This document shows, in pieces, positions 18,712-25,890 of a stretch of 32,000 nucleotides of DNA. A model generated the notes under the pieces. That model was not told the DNA's origin and searched no databases. It saw only the letters and a list, made by a program, of their open reading frames with translations. This stretch comes from an uncultured beta proteobacterium (GTDB lineage: Bacteria; Pseudomonadota; Gammaproteobacteria; Burkholderiales; Gallionellaceae): positions 118,381 through 150,380 of the forward strand of contig CAWCNZ010000015.1 of NCBI GenBank assembly GCA_963797045.1, given 5' to 3'. The translations under genes and the position numbers were made by a program. Numbering within the stretch: the stretch's first letter is position 1; the number at the start of each line of letters is the position of its first letter.

Positions 18712-19917
18712 AAGAGACAAACCGAACTGGGAGCGCTAGCTGTACAGCAGATAAAAAGTAGAGGTATTCACTTCGTTGGCGGCGTTGCCGGACTGGCAAT
18801 CAACGTCACCAAGTCCGGCTCGCGCAGTTGGATTTTGCGCTATCAGGTGGGCGGAAAGCGCAGAGACAAGGGCCTGGGTGGCTATCCTGACGTCACTCTG
18901 GCGCAGGCAAAGGAGGCAGCGAGGGCTGCGCGTGCCAAGATAGCCCACGGAGTTGACCCCATCGAGGATGGCCGCGCTTTGCGTAGCCAGTTGATCGCAT
19001 CCCAAGTTTCGGCCATCACATTCAGCCAAGCCGCAAAACAATATATCGACACTCACGAGGGTAGCTGGCGCAACGCCAAGCATACCCAACAGTGGAGAAA
19101 TACCATTCAGACCTACGCAGACCCCGTTATTGGGAGGGTGCTGATTCGTGATGTGGACTTGCCGCAAATCCTCAAGGTGCTTGAACCCATCTGGCGCACG
19201 AAGACCGAGACCGCCAGCCGGTTGCGTGGACGCATGGAATCCATCTTGGATTGGGCATCCGCCAGAGGCTTTCGCACGGAATCCAACCCTGCAAGGTGGA
19301 AAGGCCTGCTCGATAAGCTACTGCCCTCCCCCGGCAAGATCGCCAAGGCCGACCACCATCGCGCCCTGCCTTACGCAGGTATGCCCGAGTTCATGAAATC
19401 TCTGGCCGAACAACAGGGAATAGCACCCCGTGCTTTGGAATTTGCCATCCTGACCGCATGTCGTTCTGGCGAGGTGCGTGGCGCCAAATGGACGGAGATA
19501 GATATGGACAATGGGGTTTGGACAGTTCCTGCGATCCGCATGAAGGCTGGGAAAGAGCATCGCGTTCCGCTGTCTGCGGCCGCCCTGTCCATCGTCAAGC
19601 TGCAGAAGGAATCCGCATTCTGCGACTTTGTATTTCCAAGTTCGCGTAGCTCGAAGACGTCCGAAGGATCGCCACTTTCGGATATGGCTCTGCTAGCCGT
19701 TCTGCGCAGAATGGAAGTTCCGGCCGTCCCTCACGGCTTCCGCTCCACATTTCGGGATTGGTGCGCCGAAACGACCGACTATCCCAGAGAAGTGGCAGAA
19801 ATGGCTTTGGCTCACACCATTGGTGACAAGGTTGAGGCCGCCTACCGCCGGGGTGACTTATTCGACAAGCGCAAGCAGCTAATGCAGGACTGGGCTGACT
19901 TTGCCGACTCAAAATAG
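18694..19917 (+). CDS. int: tyrosine recombinase/integrase, P4-like (arm-binding DUF4102-type N-terminus)
   Basis: 407 aa. N-terminus ...GLAINVTKSGSRSWILRYQVGGKRRDKGLGGYPDVTLAQAKE. Catalytic region ...TACRSGEVRGAKW...HGFRSTFRDW...AYRRGD. Confidence 0.92.
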   Translation: MGSTMGKRQTELGALAVQQIKSRGIHFVGGVAGLAINVTKSGSRSWILRYQVGGKRRDKGLGGYPDVTLAQAKEAARAARAKIAHGVDPIEDGRALRSQLIASQVSAITFSQAAKQYIDTHEGSWRNAKHTQQWRNTIQTYADPVIGRVLIRDVDLPQILKVLEPIWRTKTETASRLRGRMESILDWASARGFRTESNPARWKGLLDKLLPSPGKIAKADHHRALPYAGMPEFMKSLAEQQGIAPRALEFAILTACRSGEVRGAKWTEIDMDNGVWTVPAIRMKAGKEHRVPLSAAALSIVKLQKESAFCDFVFPSSRSSKTSEGSPLSDMALLAVLRRMEVPAVPHGFRSTFRDWCAETTDYPREVAEMALAHTIGDKVEAAYRRGDLFDKRKQLMQDWADFADSK

Positions 19918-20006
19918 ATACCGAGAGGTAGCAAATCGATACCGCGAATATCGTTATTTATCAGCACATTATGCAAAGCATCAAAATAGTTTCAATCTGG
20001 AGTAGG

Positions 20007-20035
20007 TTGTAAGTCGCTGCTGGGCCGTTTATAGC
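20007..20035 (+). promoter_or_regulatory. candidate sigma70 promoter for alpA-repA
   Basis: ttgtaa, 17-nt spacer, tatagc. The RBS aggaga lies upstream of the ATG at 20077. Confidence 0.3.
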
Positions 20036-20076
20036 CCCGTACACAATTAAGTGGGCGGGTTTATATAGGAGAGCAC

Positions 20077-20292
20077 ATGAAACAGCCCGCAGAAGCAATA
20101 TCACTACCGATCCTCGTTGGATATATACGTCAGGCAGAATTGCTGAAGATAATCCCATTTTCTTCGGCCACTCTTTGGCGCAAGGTCAAAGCTGGAACCT
20201 TCGTCCAACCGGTAAAACTCTCAGCCAGAGTAACCGCTTGGCCCCGTGCGCAAGTTAATGCATGGATGCAGGAACAGGAGGTGCGGAAATGA
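20077..20292 (+). CDS. alpA: AlpA-family transcriptional regulator/excisionase
   Basis: 71 aa; ...LLKIIPFSSATLWRKVKAGTFVQPVKLSARVTAWPRAQVNAWM is typical of the AlpA/Phage_AlpA HTH. Confidence 0.85.
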   Translation: MKQPAEAISLPILVGYIRQAELLKIIPFSSATLWRKVKAGTFVQPVKLSARVTAWPRAQVNAWMQEQEVRK

Positions 20293-21386
20293 GCGTCTTA
20301 CATAACCTCCCGGCCCCCGTGCAAAATGTACCCGTAGCCCACCCGATCTCTTATGGGAGTCTCACTATGTACTCGGCAAGTTGTTTGCCGTTTCAGCGCA
20401 AGATGCCGTGGCTAATCGATGACATTTTCCCTCTCACAGGACTTGCATGCGTATACGGGGCAAGTGGTGCTGGGAAGTCCTTTATTTGCCTCGATATAGC
20501 CGCCAAAGTCGCAAGCGGCATGAAATGGTTTGGGCATCCGACCAAGCAATGTCGCGTAATCTACATTTGCTTGGAAGGTAGTTCAGGCTTACCTGTCCGC
20601 ACGGCTGCATGGGAAAAGCACCATGGGATACCGTTCCCCGAAGATGTGCAATTCGTAGTCAGTCCTGTTGCGATCAATTCTCCGGCTGATGTTCTCAATG
20701 TAGTCAACCTCATCAAGGTATGGGGTGGTGCCGACGTGATAATCATCGACACACTGAATCGGTCCGCCCCGGGAGCAGAAGAGAATTCATCATCCGACAT
20801 GGGGAAAATTATTGCCGGAGCGTCAGCACTCCAGAAAGCGACGGGCGGTTTAGTGCTTTTCGTCCATCACTCCGGAAAGGAATCTGTCCGCGGCATGCGG
20901 GGGCACTCCAGCCTCCATGCGGCGCAAGATGCCGTGCTTGAAGTGAAACGCAATGAAGGAGGCGCCCATACGGTGACACTGGCCAAGTCCAAGGATGGTG
21001 AGGACGGCATTAGTCACGGCTTTAACTTGGTATCAGTGGAGCTTGAGACTGATGAATCAGGCAAGGTGGACAAATCTTGCGTGGTAGAAGAAATCGACGG
21101 TGCTGTCGCCACGAAAGCGCAGGCGGAACCGAGCGGTAAGCACCAGAAGCTAGTCTTGGCAGCAGCCAGAGAGATTATCGTCAATCAGCGGGCGCAACGT
21201 GAACTGGGCATGCAGGATGCCCCCGAAGGCATCCCATTCCAAGAGATGCTTTCCAAAGCAACTGATGCCCTGGTAAGCGTCGACCTGAAACACCGCAGGC
21301 AAAGGGCGACGGAAGCGCTAGGGAGCCTCATCGAGCAGGGCTATCTGACTTGGAAGGAGGATTTGTTGGCTCTGCCAGCTAACTAA
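20289..21386 (+). CDS. RepA/AAA_25-like (RecA-fold) replication ATPase
   Basis: Walker A GASGAGKS, Walker B VIIIDTLN and HHSGKE are typical of AAA_25/RepA-like helicases of islands and plasmids. The start overlaps the alpA stop (ATGA). Confidence 0.8.
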   Translation: MSVLHNLPAPVQNVPVAHPISYGSLTMYSASCLPFQRKMPWLIDDIFPLTGLACVYGASGAGKSFICLDIAAKVASGMKWFGHPTKQCRVIYICLEGSSGLPVRTAAWEKHHGIPFPEDVQFVVSPVAINSPADVLNVVNLIKVWGGADVIIIDTLNRSAPGAEENSSSDMGKIIAGASALQKATGGLVLFVHHSGKESVRGMRGHSSLHAAQDAVLEVKRNEGGAHTVTLAKSKDGEDGISHGFNLVSVELETDESGKVDKSCVVEEIDGAVATKAQAEPSGKHQKLVLAAAREIIVNQRAQRELGMQDAPEGIPFQEMLSKATDALVSVDLKHRRQRATEALGSLIEQGYLTWKEDLLALPAN

Positions 21387-21405
21387 CGTCTGGTGCAAGC
21401 AACAC

Positions 21406-21449
21406 GTCCCGATTTCCCGCCCTTCCTAAGGCAAACGGGAAATCGGGAC
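21406..21449 (+). repeat. hairpin family copy 1 (perfect 14-bp stem, CCTAAGG-containing loop)
   Basis: gtcccgatttcccg / cgggaaatcgggac with a 16-nt loop cccttcctaaggcaaa, 20 nt after the repA-like stop. No U-tract. Confidence 0.65.
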
Positions 21450-21544
21450 GGATTCTGCGCGGGAGTTTCCCGGTTCCCGAACACACCCAGTTATTGAAGT
21501 AAGCCTAGGCTTCCTAATCGTGCGCAACAACTTAAGAATGCTCC

Positions 21545-22195
21545 CTAGCTTCCTGTAGCAGGAGTCCATTCCCAGTCCTCATCCTTCAAATTGTCGCTCT
21601 TGGGTAGCCACGAAGAGGGGTGAGTCCGCCGAAAAAGCTGGAGGTTTGCTCCCTTCCCGCCCAATCGGTTGTATATTTCAGCCTGAACCAAATTGCGCTT
21701 GCTGGCACTGGCGGTGCAGCAATTCACTACCACATCCCCTTCCCTTACCGCCGCTTCCAATCGATCTCCGAAGTCTTCTCTCCCCCCATTTCTCCACACC
21801 TCAAGAAAGACTTGATCACGCACACAACTGGTATGAATTCCAAGTGAGCATTGATACTGCACGGCATTCATCAGTATCAAACCATAATCGGATGGGGTAA
21901 TACTCCGCAACACCGTAGCCACACGAGTGCGGATGTTTCTTCCTGTTGCCCCTTTGGCCGGGCCAATGTCCCCCCTGAACTCATCTGAGTGAGGGGATTC
22001 CAGAATCATGATTAGGCACTTCCCGTCCGCCCTGTCCTCTATTCGCCTGCGTTCAAAGTCCTTCTGCAGTTCCTGAAATTTGCATATATCGCCAACGTAT
22101 TGGTCTTTGCACACAGCTGGAGGGACTTTACTTTCTGTAGCTTTACAGAACTCATCCAACTTCTCATGTGCAATCGTTCTGAAATCGATTTTCAT
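21545..22195 (-). CDS. divergent uracil-DNA glycosylase superfamily protein
   Basis: 216 aa. ILESPHSDEFRGDIGPAKGATGRNI aligns to the family-4 UDG motif (GEAPG..E..G.PF.G.AG..L). LMNAVQYQC and the C-terminal THPSS (HPS motif) are also present. Confidence 0.55.
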   Translation of the reverse strand: MKIDFRTIAHEKLDEFCKATESKVPPAVCKDQYVGDICKFQELQKDFERRRIEDRADGKCLIMILESPHSDEFRGDIGPAKGATGRNIRTRVATVLRSITPSDYGLILMNAVQYQCSLGIHTSCVRDQVFLEVWRNGGREDFGDRLEAAVREGDVVVNCCTASASKRNLVQAEIYNRLGGKGANLQLFRRTHPSSWLPKSDNLKDEDWEWTPATGS

Positions 22196-22333
22196 TGCAG
22201 ATTCGGGCCCGATTAAACTTCGATGGGCGCGCAATCCTTCCGGTTACATCACACCGGGAACCTTACGCACCGGATTCATTCTGTACCATATATGCGGGTG
22301 CGTAAAGTCGGGTGGACTGCCAAGATTTTGGCG

Positions 22334-22627
22334 ATGAGTCGAGACGATGCACTACTGGAGGCGTTTGCTGCGGAGCTGAAAGCACGGCGGGCAGCGCTGA
22401 AACTGTCGCAGGAAGAACTTGCTCACCGCGCCGAAATCAACCGGACATACATAGCAAAGCTGGAGCTCGCACAGAATCAGCCGACACTGTGCGTATTGCA
22501 CCAACTGGCCCTAGCCCTCGACGATGAGTTACCGGAAATACTTCAGGCGGTCTTGATACGCTACAAACGGAGTAAGCCAGCGCCAGCCACGACAGGGGCA
22601 CGAACTACCCGCCAGCCACGGAAATAG
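22334..22627 (+). CDS. XRE-family HTH transcriptional regulator
   Basis: 97 aa; LKLSQEELAHRAEINRTYIAKLELAQNQPTLCVLHQLALAL is a canonical HTH_3. Divergent from the UDG-like gene. Confidence 0.85.
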   Translation: MSRDDALLEAFAAELKARRAALKLSQEELAHRAEINRTYIAKLELAQNQPTLCVLHQLALALDDELPEILQAVLIRYKRSKPAPATTGARTTRQPRK

Positions 22628-22653
22628 GTACAGGAGCGCGTCTGCCTGCGCGC

Positions 22654-22941
22654 TTAAGAGAAGTACTTCCTTGCTAACGTCTCGTCACCCCAGCAGAAGT
22701 TGGAGTACATGCCGTCCCGTAGCTCGCGGTACACATGCCCTAAATACAATCCACGCAGACTTACCGCTACGATGCTGAAAAGCATGTTGAGAACGAAATC
22801 TGAAACCACAGCGAAGATGATCTTCTGGGATGGGGTTGCCGCGCTGTCCTTCGTCAGGAAATACTCGGCAACCCCGCACTCACCATCAACCTGAATGGCC
22901 TCCTCGAAGGAGGTGGCATGAATTGGAATGATATAAAGCAC
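22654..22941 (-). CDS. hypothetical protein with one hydrophobic segment
   Basis: 95-aa ORF, last gene of the lipoprotein/Zn-ribbon operon. Hydrophobic stretch IIFAVVSDFVLNMLFSIVAV. Confidence 0.45.
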   Translation of the reverse strand: MLYIIPIHATSFEEAIQVDGECGVAEYFLTKDSAATPSQKIIFAVVSDFVLNMLFSIVAVSLRGLYLGHVYRELRDGMYSNFCWGDETLARKYFS

Positions 22942-22950
22942 AGCTTTGCA

Positions 22951-23130
22951 TCAACCTGGCATCGACTCGATATGATTCCATTCGCCGCAATATGGGCAAA
23001 TGTTTACTGCCCGTTGATTTGGATAGTGCCCCTTGCCTGTAAGGGCGCAGTTCTGACACCAAACGCTATTGCATGAAGTGCATCGCTTCATATTTGACCC
23101 GCTCGTTGAGCAGTATTGACAACTTGCCAT
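22951..23130 (-). CDS. zinc-ribbon protein, 59 aa (not in the ORF track)
   Basis: MASCQYCSTSGSNMKRCTSCNSVWCQNCALTGKGHYPNQRAVNICPYCGEWNHIESMPG has four CxxC pairs. A strong SD (gggggag) lies 7 nt upstream. Confidence 0.6.
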   Translation of the reverse strand: MASCQYCSTSGSNMKRCTSCNSVWCQNCALTGKGHYPNQRAVNICPYCGEWNHIESMPG

Positions 23131-23148
23131 TGTGACTCCCCCTTTTAG

Positions 23149-23427
23149 TTATTGCTTCTTGGCTCGCTCAAAGCAAACGGACGCAGACGTACCAACCTTG
23201 TGGTCAGTCGTGTACTCCGACACGTAGACCATTTTCCACCCGTCATACTTTGGGAACAGTTTTGCCATTTCCGCGTTGTCCCTCATGTCGATTTCTTGGC
23301 ATCTTGTCTCTATACCTGAACCGCTGGCGACGGATAGCCCAGAGTCCCATTTTGCCGATGTGATAACGGCCGCTTGGCAGCCTGCCAGAACTAAGCATAC
23401 GGTTAATGCGCTTAATGCAACTTTCAT
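23149..23427 (-). CDS. lipoprotein (hypothetical)
   Basis: 92 aa with signal plus lipobox MKVALSALTVCLVLAGC. First gene of a three-gene minus-strand operon. Confidence 0.65.
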   Translation of the reverse strand: MKVALSALTVCLVLAGCQAAVITSAKWDSGLSVASGSGIETRCQEIDMRDNAEMAKLFPKYDGWKMVYVSEYTTDHKVGTSASVCFERAKKQ

Positions 23428-23454
23428 TACTTCTCCCTTCAGTAGTTACCCAAC

Positions 23455-23516
23455 AAATTAATCTCGAAATTAATGATTAATTGCTCAAATTAATTTCACC
23501 AACTAATTGCATTAAT
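23455..23516. promoter_or_regulatory. AT-rich region with iterated AAATTAAT boxes
   Basis: aaattaat at 23455, 23467 and 23487, with attaat(t) variants at 23476 and 23511, immediately upstream of the lipoprotein operon. Confidence 0.4.
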
Positions 23517-23531
23517 TTCCCCAGCATCGAA

Positions 23532-23732
23532 TTACTTCAGGCCATCAAGTACCGACGGATGGCGACGCAGGATATCCAGCAGCGCCATTCGCTCTGCCTG
23601 GGCGCGAGGTACATTCGAGTCGAACTCGATAATTCCGGCCCGCTCCTCAAAGTCCTCGCGCTGACCTGCGTCGAGTACTTTGACCAACTCGACGACGAGC
23701 TTGTCCTCCGGCTCTTCCATGCAATGCTCCAA
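23532..23732 (-). CDS. hypothetical small acidic protein
   Basis: 66 aa. ERAGIIEFDSNVPRAQAERMAL resembles a motif I recall from phage and ICE accessory proteins. No firm assignment. Confidence 0.45.
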   Translation of the reverse strand: MEHCMEEPEDKLVVELVKVLDAGQREDFEERAGIIEFDSNVPRAQAERMALLDILRRHPSVLDGLK

Positions 23733-23802
23733 ACCCTGAATAGAAATAGGGCTGCAATTAGTTGCGGCGAAATTTTGGGGAGAATTTGGTTGGAGGGGAA
23801 AA

Positions 23803-23898
23803 ATGCAGCGGATGCGCCTTCGAAACCCGCGCCGTTATTGGAACTCCTTTGCGGCTCCCGTCGTTATTGGGTTTGCAAGGAGGGGGATTACTGATTAG
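23803..23898 (+). pseudogene. truncated paralogue of the 5' end of the 90-aa ORF (31 codons)
   Basis: MQRMRLRNPRRYWNSFAAPVVIGFARRGITD* versus MYLLAKSRRYWNSFAAPVVIGIAGWGGIFDL... A strong SD (ggagggg) is retained. Stop TAG at 23896-23898. Confidence 0.5.
23828..23885. repeat. inverted repeat copy 2
   Basis: Matches the reverse complement of 18559-18616 at about 52/58 positions. Confidence 0.7.
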
Positions 23899-23906
23899 CT
23901 TGGCGA

Positions 23907-23948
23907 TCCCGGTTTTCCCGGCTGCCTAAGGGGGACGGGAAACCGGGA
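23907..23948 (+). repeat. hairpin family copy 2
   Basis: tcccggttttcccg / cgggaaaccggga (one bulged T), loop gctgcctaaggggga. Homologous to 21406-21449. Confidence 0.6.
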
Positions 23949-24007
23949 AAGAATTCAGGGATGCAGAAATACCTCAAAAGTGAGGATGAAGAATGGCTCA
24001 CTGGCAG

Positions 24008-24556
24008 TTAGGCGATTCCCAGTGAGCTCGCCCTTTCCAGAAAGGCCTGTTCTGCATTTCTAGGAAGCAGTGGTTCGCTGGGCAGTCCGTCCGCCAGACC
24101 TGCAATCGGTAGAGGTGGGAGCAACGCATCTGGCTGATTCGGCATGTATGCTCGAAGCTCCAATGAAAGGATGTCATTATCAACTTCATGCACTTCCTTG
24201 GGCATCGGCCACGGCAGGCAAAATCGTTCTGCGACAGCGCATTGAATGGCCTCTTCTATCCTGACGTAGTCACCCAGTTGCCGCTTGGCTGGACGCGGAA
24301 TGTCCACAACGTAGGCCTCGCTTGCATCATGGAGCAGCGCCCAGCGCAAAAGGGTCTGGTTGTCTCCATATCGTTGCCTCATCAGTTCAGCGGCCAAAAT
24401 GCTGTGTTCCGCTACTGAATAGAACTGACTGCAATGACCGCCAAAACGGCAGAGCTTAGACAATGCACTGGCAATATCCTGAAGTTCGATTATCGAAGGG
24501 GATGGCTTGAGAATGTCGAACCATTTGCCAGTTGAAGTCAGAATGGACGAGGTCAT
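24008..24556 (-). CDS. HD-domain metal-dependent phosphohydrolase
   Basis: 182 aa starting at MTSSILTSTGKWFD. RFGGH...YSVAEHS...LLHDASEAYVVDIPRPAK matches the H..HD..D pattern of phage/island HD hydrolases. Confidence 0.75.
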   Translation of the reverse strand: MTSSILTSTGKWFDILKPSPSIIELQDIASALSKLCRFGGHCSQFYSVAEHSILAAELMRQRYGDNQTLLRWALLHDASEAYVVDIPRPAKRQLGDYVRIEEAIQCAVAERFCLPWPMPKEVHEVDNDILSLELRAYMPNQPDALLPPLPIAGLADGLPSEPLLPRNAEQAFLERASSLGIA

Positions 24557-24774
24557 ACGTAGTTCTTTCTGGAATTTGAGTGGGCGTAATCCTAACCACA
24601 ATTCCGCCTGTACGCGAAATTTAGCTGTATGCGGCGATCAATGCCTTGGTAGATAAGGACTTCCCCTCCAACTCCTTTCGGCGTTGGCTTCTAGCTGCAA
24701 CTAGGGAATAGATTGGCCGGGGATTCCCGGTATGCGAACGGCCTGATGCCTGTATCACTACGTATCAAGCCAGA

Positions 24775-24794
24775 CGATGGGTAAAACGATGGGT
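24775..24794 (+). promoter_or_regulatory. tandem CGATGGGT motif pair, site C (possible arm-type site next to the tRNA)
   Basis: cgatgggt at 24775-24782 and 24787-24794 (12-bp period), about 45 bp from the att core at 24839. Confidence 0.4.
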
Positions 24795-24838
24795 AAAGAC
24801 CCATTACCACTAAAGAGCCCTTGAAAGACAAGGGATAC

Positions 24839-24928
24839 TGGCGGAGGCGGTGAGATTCGAACTCACGAACGACTCGCATCGTTGCCAGTTTTCAAGACTG
24901 GTGCATTCAACCGCTCTGCCACACCTCC
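24839..24928 (-). tRNA. tRNA-Ser (anticodon UGA), with encoded CCA
   Basis: Minus-strand sequence GGAGGTGTGGCAGAGCGGTTGAATGCACCAGTCTTGAAAACTGGCAACGATGCGAGTCGTTCGTGAGTTCGAATCTCACCGCCTCCGCCA. It has a long variable arm and anticodon loop CTTGAAA. It closely resembles E. coli serT as I recall it. Confidence 0.92.
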
Positions 24929-25122
24929 AAATGACGCTAGGTGCCGGCCTACGGCTCAAGGTTCACCCGAAAGTTCCTTCACCCACTGCACAGCCAGCAC
25001 ACAATGGCGCGCATGATACCTGAAATACCCCACGTCCCCAACGGGCAAGGTTGCAACTTTGACACTGCTTCTGTAGTCTCACGCCCGTAGTCGAAACCGA
25101 CCCGTTTTCTCAGGAGGAACTC

Positions 25123-25812
25123 ATGCAATTCGGAACCCAAACAGTCGCACAAACCACGACGCTTGCCGCCGTCCAGAACAAGGTCCTGCGCAACACCTAC
25201 ATGATGCTGGCGCTGACCATGATCCCCACGGTCATTGGCGCGCTCATCGGCGCCTCGATGAACCTCTCGTTCATGGCGGAACATCCCATCATGTCCTCGC
25301 TGCTGATGTTCGGCGCGATGATGGGCATGCTGTTCGTCGTCACCGCCCTGCGCAACAGCGTGTGGGGCATCGTCGCCCTGCTCGGCTTCACCTTCGTGGC
25401 GGGCGTGTTCCTCGGCCCCATCCTGCAAGTGGCGCTGCACCTGAAGAACGGCGCAGAACTGGTCGGCATGGCCGCGGGTGGCACCGGCATCATCTTCTTC
25501 ACGCTGGCCACCATCGCCACCGTGACGAAGAAGGATTTCAGCTTCATGGGCAAGTTCCTGTTCATCGGACTGGTCCTGCTGATCGTCGCGTCGCTGGCCA
25601 ACATCTTCTTCCAGATCCCCGCGCTCAGCCTGACCATTTCCGCCATCGCCGTGATGATCTTCTCCGCCTACATCCTGTACGACGTGAGCCAGATCGTGCA
25701 CGGCGGCGAGACCAACTACGTGATGGCGACGCTGGGCCTGTACCTGAACATCTACAACCTGTTCATCCATCTGCTCAATCTGCTGATGGCGTTCAGCGGC
25801 GAACGCGAATAA
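25123..25812 (+). CDS. Bax inhibitor-1/YccA family membrane protein
   Basis: 229 aa with seven hydrophobic segments. ...LRNTYMMLALTM... and ...YILYDVSQIV.GGETNYV.ATLGLYLNIYNLF are typical of the BI-1/YccA family. Confidence 0.88.
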   Translation: MQFGTQTVAQTTTLAAVQNKVLRNTYMMLALTMIPTVIGALIGASMNLSFMAEHPIMSSLLMFGAMMGMLFVVTALRNSVWGIVALLGFTFVAGVFLGPILQVALHLKNGAELVGMAAGGTGIIFFTLATIATVTKKDFSFMGKFLFIGLVLLIVASLANIFFQIPALSLTISAIAVMIFSAYILYDVSQIVHGGETNYVMATLGLYLNIYNLFIHLLNLLMAFSGERE

Positions 25813-25890
25813 GCCTCGCCGCACCCAGCCAAAGGCGGCGCAAGCCGCCTTTTGTTTGTGCAGACCACACCTGAATCAGGGAATACATCC

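Larger units (their letters stand above)
15649..24852. mobile_element. tRNA-Ser-associated integrative genomic island (about 9.2 kb; P4/PICI-like int-alpA-repA backbone plus cargo)
   Basis: The 14-bp direct repeat tggcggaggcggtg occurs at 15649-15662 and 24839-24852 (the tRNA 3' end). GC drops clearly between them. Integrase, AlpA and a RepA-like ATPase lie inside. Confidence 0.8.

Noticed and set aside
24777-24825. ATGGGTAAAACGATGGGTAAAGACCCATTACCACTAAAGAGCCCTTGA read as a relic integrase 5' end (MGKTMGKDPLPLKSP*)
   Set aside because: Similarity to the real int start does not extend beyond the CGATGGGT repeats. I treat it as a repeated binding motif, and mention the relic idea only as an alternative.
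24979-25824. 281-aa minus-strand ORF overlapping the tRNA-proximal region
   Set aside because: Antisense to the BI-1/YccA gene. The D/E/H/Q/G-rich nonsense translation is a shadow ORF.
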